49,016 bases of DNA from Microscillaceae bacterium (lineage in GTDB: Bacteria > Bacteroidota > Bacteroidia > Cytophagales > Microscillaceae), in the NCBI GenBank assembly GCA_003483885.1, contig DMXI01000559.1, positions 1 to 49,016 on the forward strand, given 5' to 3'. Every line of letters begins with the position of its first letter. Positions within the stretch are counted from its first letter, which is position 1. Below, one piece after another: positions 10,471-19,171 of this stretch. The notes under the pieces are model-generated. The model did no database searches and had not been told where the DNA came from. It saw nothing but the letters and a program-made list of their open reading frames with translations. The position numbers and the translations under genes are program-made.

Positions 10471-11703
10471 TTACTTTGTTGTCAATTGCGCTTGCTTTTT
10501 AACATCAGTCAACGAAAAAGTAATGGGGATAGTCAATTTTTGTCCAATGATTGCTCCATCCATCTTGGCTGGCAACCAGTTTACATTCACAGCTTTGATT
10601 GCCCGAATGGCTTCTTTGTCACAAGCATCGTCTAATCCTTTTAAGATTTTGAATTGGGTCAGCGAGCCATCTGCCTTGATTTTAAAGTTTACAAATACCC
10701 GTCCTTCAATGCCTTTGCGTTGTGATTCAATCGGATAACGAAGTTCTTTTGACAGCCTTTTGTAAAACAAGCCAAGTCCTCCTTCTACTCCAGCAAAGCG
10801 ATAACCACCATCGTTTTGATTGATAGGCACTACCGAAGGCGAACTATTAGAAAAAGCAAATAGCATCATAGCCATCAATGGAAGTAATAAGAAGATTTTC
10901 AAAAACTTATACCCAGGGCTTCGCAATTTCTCCATCATTGCCAAACGCTTCTTAATTTCAATTTGGTTAAAATTATGGGTAAGCTGTAGGTTCATTTGTT
11001 TGAACAATGACTGTACTAATAACTTTCCATAATCTTTGGCCGAAGTTTCTTTCAAAACAGCCGCATCAGCAATAAATTCATGATGATATTTGAGCGAGCG
11101 ATCATACAAATAGATCACAGGATTAAACCACAATACAATTTTTACCAGCTCCATATACATCACATCCCAACTGTGTAGGTCGCGAATGTGGGTAAGTTCA
11201 TGATTGATTATTTTGGTGCGTTCGTTAGGGGTAAGCTCTTTGGTGTTATCCCAAAACAAATAACGCATGAACGAAAAGGTAGGAAGTTTACCTTGAGTAT
11301 TGATGAGCTTGTAGTCCATCCGAACCTGCACATTACTCTTGCGAATAATGCGGATAAGTCGGATCATACGCCAGGCAAAACGAGCAATCATCAGCACTAC
11401 CATTACAATATATATTACCAACAAGACAGTACCCAGGCTCCAGGTATTGGTTACTGTAGTTTCAAGGGTTTGTTCTACATTTGTGGCTCCTACCGAAATA
11501 TTTTCCAGTGTTACAGCAATCGTTTCACCAGAAGTCGAAGGTGTAAGGTTAAACTCCACCAATGGGATAGTTACTGCCAACAGAGAGGACAGCAACAGGT
11601 AAAAGCGATTACGCTGAAAAAACGTATCGTTCCTTAGAAAGAAAAAATACACTAGGTAAAATAAAATAAGACAAACCGACGACTCTATGAGATAATTGAA
11701 CAT
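10471..11703 (-). CDS. BlaR1/MecR1-type M56 family metallopeptidase sensor fused to TonB C-terminal domain
   Basis: 410 aa; N-terminal TM helices, HELTHIRDLHSWD zinc motif + WFNPVIY (M56 signature), C-terminal ~90 aa TonB_C-like (GVEGRVFVNFKIKADGS...). Confidence 0.85.
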   Translation of the reverse strand: MFNYLIESSVCLILFYLVYFFFLRNDTFFQRNRFYLLLSSLLAVTIPLVEFNLTPSTSGETIAVTLENISVGATNVEQTLETTVTNTWSLGTVLLVIYIVMVVLMIARFAWRMIRLIRIIRKSNVQVRMDYKLINTQGKLPTFSFMRYLFWDNTKELTPNERTKIINHELTHIRDLHSWDVMYMELVKIVLWFNPVIYLYDRSLKYHHEFIADAAVLKETSAKDYGKLLVQSLFKQMNLQLTHNFNQIEIKKRLAMMEKLRSPGYKFLKIFLLLPLMAMMLFAFSNSSPSVVPINQNDGGYRFAGVEGGLGLFYKRLSKELRYPIESQRKGIEGRVFVNFKIKADGSLTQFKILKGLDDACDKEAIRAIKAVNVNWLPAKMDGAIIGQKLTIPITFSLTDVKKQAQLTTK

Positions 11704-11874
11704 GGGTATGAAGTTAGTATAGAATATATTGTTTTGTTCACTTGATTACTTTGGCTGAAAACGCCTAATTGTTCATTACTCTTGTGCTGTTTTACTTCCC
11801 TGAATAATACAAGAGTAATACCTTACCTGAAAACCTGATTTAAAATAGTCTGACCCTCCATGGGAGGTTTTTTA

Positions 11875-12294
11875 TTAGTTTTTCTGCCCAGGATTGTTTG
11901 CTTCATGCTCCTCGGCATATTTCATCAACTCCTCGAAGTTGTCCAAATCAATATTGTTTTGCTTTACAAAGAAAGACACCATTTTCTCAAATGATCCCCC
12001 AAAGTATCTTCCAATAAAACTGTTTAAATAGAAATTGCTGTAGTTACTCTTGTCTACTAAAGGAAAATATTCGTGGGTTTTACCATAGGCTTTATGCCCT
12101 ACAAACTCTTTATCTTCTAAAATTCTTACAATGGTAGAAACTGTATTATAGGCATATTTTTTACCATCAGATTTTAAGGGTAATTGCTCAATAATATCTT
12201 TTACAAAAGCCTTTTTGAGTTTCCATAGCACTTGCATGACTTGTTCTTCGGCTTTTGTAAGCTCCTTCATTGGTTCTTGGTTTTTTGTTTTCAT
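11875..12294 (-). CDS. BlaI/MecI/CopY family transcriptional repressor
   Basis: 139 aa; winged-helix penicillinase-repressor motif (EQVMQVLWKLKKAFVKDIIEQL...TVSTIVRILEDKEFV); immediately upstream of M56 sensor on same strand. Confidence 0.85.
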   Translation of the reverse strand: MKTKNQEPMKELTKAEEQVMQVLWKLKKAFVKDIIEQLPLKSDGKKYAYNTVSTIVRILEDKEFVGHKAYGKTHEYFPLVDKSNYSNFYLNSFIGRYFGGSFEKMVSFFVKQNNIDLDNFEELMKYAEEHEANNPGQKN

Positions 12295-12610
12295 CGTTTT
12301 TTGCGCAAAATTTTGAATAGGTGTAAATATAAAACTAAAAAAATAGTTTTCAAACTAGCGGATTAGTTTATTAACTAAAAAAGTAAATGTAACGTATTTT
12401 CAGCACAAAAAATATTGCTTATCACACTTTTACTTATACGAAAACTTTAATTTGATAGTTTTTCAAAACATTTTACCTGCAAAAAAGCGCTTAAACCATA
12501 CAAACTCACTTTTTCATTCTTTAGAAGCGTTGTAATAAAGACAATGCTCACCACATAAAGGTGGTAGGTGGTTCAAAAAAATGCGTCATAAAATTTACTA
12601 AATTTGCAGT

Positions 12611-13654
12611 ATGCAAAAGAAAACCGAGCAACAAAGAACTGAATTGAAGGATTTAGGTGAATTTGGGTTGATTCAACGCATTCAGCAGCAGTTCCCTACC
12701 AAGCATCCCGAGAGCGTGTTGGGCATTGGAGACGATGCGGCGGTGATAGATACTGGCACCGATCATTATACCTTGGTATCTACCGATATGTTGGTAGAGG
12801 GTATTCACTTTGATTTGAGCTATGTGCCCCTCAAACACCTGGGATACAAGGCCGTAGCTGCAAATGTGTCTGATATTGCTGCGATGAATGGCACACCCAA
12901 GCAGTTTACAGTAAGTTTGGGGCTGAGCAATCGCTTTCCACTGGAGGCCATAGATGAGCTATACGCAGGAATCAAACATGCTTGTAACAACTACAAAATA
13001 GATTTAATAGGAGGAGATACTACCTCGACTCGTGCAGGATTGGTGATTTCGATTACCGCCATAGGAGAAGTAAAAAAAGAGGAAATTGTATACCGTAAAG
13101 GTTGTAAAGAAAACGAGCTCATCTGTGTAAGTGGTGACCTGGGAGGTGCTTATATGGGCTTACAAGTACTTGAAAGAGAAAAGCAAGTATTTATGGCCAA
13201 TCCAGATATGCAGCCCGAGCTAGACGGCAAAGACTATATTGTACGTCGCCAGCTTAAACCTGAGGCTCGTACTGATATGATTTATGAATTAAGAGATTTG
13301 GGAGTCGTACCTACTTCTATGATAGATATTTCGGATGGCCTGGCTTCAGAGTTAATGCATATTTGTTCTCAATCTGGTGTAGGGGCTATTTTATACGAAG
13401 AGCACTTACCTATTGCCAAAGTCACTTATGATACTTCGGTAGAATTTAATATTGATCCTACTACTTCGATATTGAATGGTGGAGAAGATTATGAACTCCT
13501 CTTTACGGTGAAACAAGAAGATTATGACAAGATTAAGAAAAACGCCGAAATCATCGAGATAGGCTATGTACTGCCTAAAGAGAAAGGAGTAGTTCTGAAA
13601 ACCAAAGGGGAACAAATTGTGCCGATTACTGCTCAAGGTTGGAAACATTTCTAG
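12611..13654 (+). CDS. thiL: Thiamine-monophosphate kinase
   Basis: 347 aa; AIR-synthase-related fold with GEFGLIQRI and GIGDDAAVID N-terminal motifs and DISDGL C-terminal motif characteristic of ThiL. Confidence 0.8.
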   Translation: MQKKTEQQRTELKDLGEFGLIQRIQQQFPTKHPESVLGIGDDAAVIDTGTDHYTLVSTDMLVEGIHFDLSYVPLKHLGYKAVAANVSDIAAMNGTPKQFTVSLGLSNRFPLEAIDELYAGIKHACNNYKIDLIGGDTTSTRAGLVISITAIGEVKKEEIVYRKGCKENELICVSGDLGGAYMGLQVLEREKQVFMANPDMQPELDGKDYIVRRQLKPEARTDMIYELRDLGVVPTSMIDISDGLASELMHICSQSGVGAILYEEHLPIAKVTYDTSVEFNIDPTTSILNGGEDYELLFTVKQEDYDKIKKNAEIIEIGYVLPKEKGVVLKTKGEQIVPITAQGWKHF

Positions 13655-13751
13655 CATTAATCAAATGTTAAATTAATGTAACCCAAGTATTAAATCGACG
13701 TAAACTATCATGAGAATCATGTAGCATTCTCATTTCATTAAAAGTTTTAAT

Positions 13752-13790
13752 AAGCCAGACTAGTGTTTTTGATGCTAGCCTGGCTTTTTT
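13752..13790 (+). terminator. Rho-independent terminator downstream of thiL
   Basis: agccagactag ... ctagcctggct 11-bp stem (1 mismatch) followed by tttttt. Confidence 0.6.
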
Positions 13791-14143
13791 AATTTTTTGT
13801 ATCGATTATATTGAAAATCAGCACTTTATTCAGTTTACTTAACGTATTATTTCATTGGATATGTTGTGCAAATAAATATTTGATTGGAGACATCAACCAA
13901 CTAGCTTCCCACCCAACACAAAAACATAAATAAATATCAGAAATGATTTTGGTCTCTCGTAAAGGAATGATGAATAAAAGCATTACTTAGTTTGATCACA
14001 GGAGATAACAGTAATGCTTTCTTTTGCTTAATAAATTAATGAGGGAAATCATTATTTTCAAAATGTTATCGCTGACCACTTATATAAAAATGACTTCACT
14101 TATTTTGATAATCATTGACCACAAACTTTCCTCTGGGGTAGAC

Positions 14144-14347
14144 TTAAAGATTATGGCGATCACTTCCGCCATCACAACCACAGCTACCAGAGCTAGTTGA
14201 CCCGCTTGATCTGCCTGTATTGCGGGAATTATCCCGGACTTGATCTTTTCTACTTGGTGAACCATCTCGCTCAGTCTCACCACCTTTTATATTTACTTGC
14301 TGTTGGTGGGTCAATTGTTGCATTCTAAAATTACTGAAGCTTTTCAT
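14144..14347 (-). CDS. Small peptide with double-glycine (GG) leader; candidate bacteriocin/RiPP precursor
   Basis: 67 aa MKSFSNFRMQQLTHQQQVNIKGG|ETERDG...SSGSTSSGSCGCDGGSDRHNL: Bacteroidota-style leader ending NIKGG, Ser/Gly/Arg-rich core with CGC; isolated in 935-bp intergenic gap; possible terminator hairpin aaagcattact/agtaatgcttt at 13977-14020 downstream on minus strand. Confidence 0.45.
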   Translation of the reverse strand: MKSFSNFRMQQLTHQQQVNIKGGETERDGSPSRKDQVRDNSRNTGRSSGSTSSGSCGCDGGSDRHNL

Positions 14348-14589
14348 TTTTTGTTGTGTTTAATTAAAAATGTACTTGCATACCAAAGCTTGTCTTCATT
14401 GACATAATTACTATGAGCAAACTAACTGTACAAGCTTGATTTGCGACCAAATAAATATGATGCAAAGGAAAAAGATAAGTAGCCTAATCACTTGGACATA
14501 TCTTTCAAAAAACGGGTTAAATCAGTCAAATGAGGGTACACTTGTAATCTGTTGACCACAATAAGAAAAGAAAAGGAGGTAACAGTTAC

Positions 14590-15582
14590 TTAAATGCTTC
14601 GAATAGCACTTGGAGTGATGCCGTATTTTTTCTTAAAAGCATTGGTAAAATGACCAGGGTGACTATAGCCTAATAGGTGGGCAATTTCGGAGGTAGGTTT
14701 ATCGGTTTCACGCAGTAGGTTACGCGCTTTTTCCATTTTAAAATCCAGCAAAAAGCCAAAAATCGTATTGTTGAATACTTCTTTAAAGCCCTTCTTGAGC
14801 TTGAAATCATTGGTACCCACCATTTTGGCCAATTCATAAATGGTAGGTGGATTGTCGGCACGAGCTACCAAAATTTCTTTAGCCTCGTGGATTTTATTCA
14901 AGTCCTTGGTATTATTGATAAAAGATTTAGCCTTGATTACAGGCGTATTTTGGGCTTGTTCTACTTGCAATGCCAGTAATTCTAACACTTTGGCTTCTAT
15001 AAAAATACGCTGTAGATTTCTATCCAGTGGTTGATTAAGCAATTCATGAATAATCAGGCGCATTTCAGGAGTAATAGGAAGGTTGGTATCAGCTAACATG
15101 GCAGGCTCTCTGCGAACCACTTTTTCATAAAAATCGGCTAATAAATCGGGATAACGAACTGCCAACTGTTCAAAATAGTCTTTAGTAAAATGGACCTCAA
15201 AATTTTGATAGTTTTGTTTGCCCCGAAAATTAAAAACCCCACTTTTACTCGGTACATAACACAGGTTTTGTTGGTTTTCTTCCATCACCACCTCTTCTCC
15301 AAAATCATCCATCTTGCCCGAAACCGTTCCTTTGAGGTGAAAACTCATCTCTACCAAGTCTTCATCTGCTTTACCACGAATACGCAAGTCATCATTGAAC
15401 GAAAAACCACCACCCAACACAAAAATCCCATTGAGATTATACTGTTTGAAGTTGCCATTACCAAAACCAAAATCTAAAAAGCCGCCATCGCGATATACTT
15501 TGGGATCGGAAGCTGGGACAAGGGGTAAATCAAACTCGTGTAGAGTTTCGGGGACCTGATCAACATGCAAACTAAACTTCAT
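14590..15582 (-). CDS. AraC family transcriptional regulator
   Basis: 330 aa; C-terminal tandem HTH of AraC/XylS type (IYELAKMVGTNDFKLKKGFKEVF...IAHLLGYSHPGHFTNAFKKKYGITPS). Confidence 0.8.
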   Translation of the reverse strand: MKFSLHVDQVPETLHEFDLPLVPASDPKVYRDGGFLDFGFGNGNFKQYNLNGIFVLGGGFSFNDDLRIRGKADEDLVEMSFHLKGTVSGKMDDFGEEVVMEENQQNLCYVPSKSGVFNFRGKQNYQNFEVHFTKDYFEQLAVRYPDLLADFYEKVVRREPAMLADTNLPITPEMRLIIHELLNQPLDRNLQRIFIEAKVLELLALQVEQAQNTPVIKAKSFINNTKDLNKIHEAKEILVARADNPPTIYELAKMVGTNDFKLKKGFKEVFNNTIFGFLLDFKMEKARNLLRETDKPTSEIAHLLGYSHPGHFTNAFKKKYGITPSAIRSI

Positions 15583-15730
15583 AGATATTGGGGCTCTTTT
15601 TTAGACAAAAATCCTGATGGCGTAAGTAGTACTCCGTTTAACGTAAACAAAACTGGAGAGTTTGTGATAGCTTTGCAAACATACAATTAGGTTTTCAACA
15701 ACAATTATTCCCATATAACCGAACACTGAC

Positions 15731-16456
15731 ATGCGACACAGTTCTGATCGTTTGACTGCCAAACAGTCACCTCTTTTGTTCCAACAAGGCATCCAAACCC
15801 GCCAGGCAAGTAACAATTTCCTTCCATCTTCTCACCATACATTGGCCGCTCAACTGGGCGTTTCTCTAGATTATGGGGTATTAGACAAGGTTGTCAATGA
15901 TTTTATTAGTCAAAACCCAACAGGTACCATTATCAACCTGGGAGCAGGGCTTGACAACCGTTTTTTTCGCTTAGATAATGGCCAAATTCAATGGTTTGAC
16001 ATAGATGTACCCGAAACCATTGAATTGAGACACACTTTTTTTGAAACCAACGACCGTTACCAGCTAATTCCTAGCAATATTTTTGGCAGAAACTTGCTTA
16101 AGTACCTCCCTCCTACTTCTAATAGTTTGATTATTATAGAAGGATTGGCAATGTACTATCCTGAAAACAAGATAAAAACACTCGTACAGAATATTTGCCG
16201 TCACTATAGCTCTTGTGAAATCATTCTTGAGGTAATTCATCCGGCAGTAATGGATAGTATTGCGTATGCAACACCTAATTTACCTTTGAAATGGGCGGTA
16301 GGTAATCTACAACAGATCGAGAAATGGCATAAAAAACTATTTTTGGCTCAGGAATATCATCATTTATCCAGCGATTCTACTTCGCAGAACAAATATTTCC
16401 GCAATATTACCCAACCTCACGAAATGATTAAGTTAGGCCACTTTAAAGTAGGATAA
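15731..16456 (+). CDS. Class I SAM-dependent methyltransferase, TcmP/LCM-like (leucine carboxyl methyltransferase family)
   Basis: 241 aa; motif IINLGAGLDNRFFRL...WFDIDVPETIELR typical of TcmP-type O-methyltransferases; start codon choice uncertain. Confidence 0.6.
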   Translation: MRHSSDRLTAKQSPLLFQQGIQTRQASNNFLPSSHHTLAAQLGVSLDYGVLDKVVNDFISQNPTGTIINLGAGLDNRFFRLDNGQIQWFDIDVPETIELRHTFFETNDRYQLIPSNIFGRNLLKYLPPTSNSLIIIEGLAMYYPENKIKTLVQNICRHYSSCEIILEVIHPAVMDSIAYATPNLPLKWAVGNLQQIEKWHKKLFLAQEYHHLSSDSTSQNKYFRNITQPHEMIKLGHFKVG

Positions 16457-16545
16457 ACAATGTACAGGTTTTCAAAAAAAAGCCACTTGTCCGTATAAGT
16501 ATTACAGACAAATGGCTTTTGTATTATATATTTTTCAATAATTAC

Positions 16546-16785
16546 CTAGAAACTCGTTTTGCGAGAAGGCGAAACTACATCATCGTGCCAACGATCTACT
16601 AGTAAATCGTCTATTTTGCCCCCAGGAGGTAAACTGATAATTGGAAAATCGTTTCCGCCGGGCATGCCTCCATCATCATCGTTATTGGGTGGATAATCGT
16701 TTCGTTTGATAATGGAACGAATCATTACCCAAGTAATTAATGAGAAACACACCAGACAAATCACAAAATATATCAGTACCGTCAT
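16546..16785 (-). CDS. Hypothetical small membrane protein (one TM, acidic Pro/Gly/Asp-rich tail)
   Basis: 79-aa ORF with N-terminal hydrophobic helix; no recognisable family; may be spurious. Confidence 0.3.
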   Translation of the reverse strand: MTVLIYFVICLVCFSLITWVMIRSIIKRNDYPPNNDDDGGMPGGNDFPIISLPPGGKIDDLLVDRWHDDVVSPSRKTSF

Positions 16786-16924
16786 ACAGCAGGTAATTAA
16801 AAAATCAGGGTCTTAAACAAAATTAGGAGTTGTTGACAAACAGCCACTTTTTATATGGTATTTGTCTTTATTTCTAAAATAAAGAATTATATATAAAAAA
16901 TCAACGAATCATATTGGATAATGT

Positions 16925-17584
16925 TTAGAAAAATCCTCCCCAATTGGCCAATTGTCTAAAGAAATTGGGAATCACATTTGGTACAAACGCAATCGTAGTG
17001 GCAATCCCAAACAAGGCTCCAAACAAATGAGCCTCGTGCCCTATGTTATCATTTCCTTTTTTGGCCATATAGTATGAGTAAAACAAATAGCCTATTCCTA
17101 GTATAAATGCAGGTAATGGTATCGGGATAAATAATAACCCTAACTTGGCCGTAGGAAAGCACAAAATAAATATAAATACAATGGCCGATACGCCTCCCGA
17201 AGCTCCCAAAGCATTGTATCCAGGGTTGCCCTTATACTTGAGGTAAGCCGGAATACTGGAAATGATAATAGCTAATACATAAATGCCTAAAAAGATAAAA
17301 CTTCCATAACCCGGATAAATTTGGTCATAAATAAGAAGCTCTACATGACGCGCAAAGAAGAATAACGTCAACATGTTGAATAATAGGTGTATTCCACCTC
17401 CGTGAATAAATCCCGAAGACAAAAAACGGTAATATTCGCGGCGTGTCTCGATTACATAAGGGTTGAACATCCATTTAGACTTGAACATTCGATTTTTATC
17501 AGCATATAAACTAATTCCTACAGTAACAGCAATGATGATGGTTGTAAAAAATATATCACCATTGGGTTTAAAAAGTTCATCCAT
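16925..17584 (-). CDS. Rhomboid family intramembrane serine protease
   Basis: 219 aa; 6 TM; GFIHGGGIHLLFNM, catalytic GASGGVSA (GxSG) and HLFGALFG His motif. Confidence 0.8.
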   Translation of the reverse strand: MDELFKPNGDIFFTTIIIAVTVGISLYADKNRMFKSKWMFNPYVIETRREYYRFLSSGFIHGGGIHLLFNMLTLFFFARHVELLIYDQIYPGYGSFIFLGIYVLAIIISSIPAYLKYKGNPGYNALGASGGVSAIVFIFILCFPTAKLGLLFIPIPLPAFILGIGYLFYSYYMAKKGNDNIGHEAHLFGALFGIATTIAFVPNVIPNFFRQLANWGGFF

Positions 17585-17880
17585 ATTTCTTTAAGTTTGA
17601 TAGGTTTGGTTCATGGTATCTTTTACTTGCTATGATTTATTTAAATATAACAAATTTTATCAAGCTTCTATTCTACTAACGTTAATTTAGGGTGGATTTA
17701 ATAAATAGTCTCCCCATTAGAGCCAGTAGTTTTGCGGATAGATGAGGCTATTTCCCCGAAAAAATCGGGATTTAAACAATTTGCCCCATAGCAGCGCTAC
17801 GGGCAACAAAAATAACGAAATATATTCGTGAAAGAACGGCTATCAATTGAGTAAGTTATTTTTTGGATATTCCCTTAACC

Positions 17881-18864
17881 CTATCGGTCCCGATTCATCA
17901 ATTGAACCGTAAAGCCTCGCAATAAGCTTTTAGTCTCTTCGTGCGCCTCGATGGCAGCCAATTGATCTAAACCAGTATCGAAATACTCATTCATTTTTGT
18001 TTCAGTCAAGCGCTTGATTTCCAACTCGTTGTAAATTTCAGTCACTGCCTGTACTTTTTCTGCTTTGTCAAACTCTTTGAGACTCAACCAATGCTCTAGT
18101 GATGCTTTGGTTTTGCCCTCTGCTCTCTTGAGTGCATTGATTAATAAAAATGTTTTTTTGTTGGAGATGATGTCTCCCCCTACTTGTTTGCCAAACTTAG
18201 CCGCATCAGCGTATACATCCAGTAAGTCATCCATCAATTGGAAGCCCACCCCCACATTTACCCCAAACCCATTGAGCAAATCGGTGGAAGCTTCGGATGC
18301 ATTGGCTACAATCCCCCCTAGCTCAAGACTATAACCTAGCAAAACCGCGGTTTTCAGGCGAATCATGTTCAGGTATTCGTCCTCAGTTACTTCATCACGG
18401 GTTTCAAAATTCATATCCAATTGTTGTCCTTCACATACCTCGGCTGCACAACGGTTAAACTTTCGGATCACTCGTTTGAGGTGTTGATTGTCAATATCCA
18501 GCAGCAATTCATAGGCTTGCACCAGCATGACATCTCCAGAGAGTATTCCAGTATTGGCATTCCACTTTTCGTGAATAGTAGGCTTACCACGCCGCAGTGG
18601 AGCTTGGTCCATAATATCGTCATGCACCAGGGTAAAATTATGGAAAACTTCTACCGCCAGTGCTGGCTTCATAGCTATTTCCTGAATTTTTTGGTATTCA
18701 GGTTCAAACAAGCCATAACCCAACAAAGCCAACAGAGGACGCATGCGTTTGCCCCCTAAGCTCATAATATAACGAATGGGTTCATACAATTCCTGAGGGT
18801 GATCACCATAATTTAGCGCATCCAGTGATTGATTGATTTCAGCTTGTAAAGTCTTAATGTCCAT
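17881..18864 (-). CDS. Polyprenyl (octaprenyl/solanesyl) diphosphate synthase
   Basis: trans-IPPS fold with first DDxxD (LVHDDIMD) and second DDxxD (FQLMDDLLD) motifs; ORF extends to 18945 but MDIKTLQAE at 18864 is the more typical N-terminus. Confidence 0.85.
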   Translation of the reverse strand: MDIKTLQAEINQSLDALNYGDHPQELYEPIRYIMSLGGKRMRPLLALLGYGLFEPEYQKIQEIAMKPALAVEVFHNFTLVHDDIMDQAPLRRGKPTIHEKWNANTGILSGDVMLVQAYELLLDIDNQHLKRVIRKFNRCAAEVCEGQQLDMNFETRDEVTEDEYLNMIRLKTAVLLGYSLELGGIVANASEASTDLLNGFGVNVGVGFQLMDDLLDVYADAAKFGKQVGGDIISNKKTFLLINALKRAEGKTKASLEHWLSLKEFDKAEKVQAVTEIYNELEIKRLTETKMNEYFDTGLDQLAAIEAHEETKSLLRGFTVQLMNRDR

Positions 18865-19171
18865 AAAAATTGATTTGAGATCGGGTAAATAATAAGGTTT
18901 TATGAGCGAAAATAATGGGCAATGTCCCAAATAGAAACTAGCCAATTGGCTTTTTGTTGAAAAAAAATATATTTGGCGTAACTAATTATGAATGAGCCAG
19001 AAATAAAAGGCTTTCGTTCGGCAAATTTTTCAAATTATTTCTAAATTATACCAGAATTGTAGTGATTTTACTGGAATTGAAAGTCGATATTATGGTTACT
19101 ATCTCACAAATCCCTTTCAATTCGGCATATAATATACTATTTGATCAATAAACTATCTCTCCTGAACGAAT

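Noticed and set aside
11849-11873. Plus-strand hairpin cctcc-atg-ggagg followed by TTTTTT between blaR1 start and blaI stop
   Set aside because: It is oriented as a + strand terminator but there is no + strand gene upstream. On the minus strand it lacks a following U-run. The stem is short (5 bp, 3-nt loop). Probably fortuitous, though an antisense or attenuator role is not excluded.
12300-12610. Possible TPP riboswitch in the 310-bp leader upstream of thiL
   Set aside because: I looked for the conserved CUGAGA box and the pyrimidine-sensing helix and did not find them. Only a generic hairpin is visible (accacataaaggtggtaggtggt). An Rfam scan would be needed to exclude it formally.
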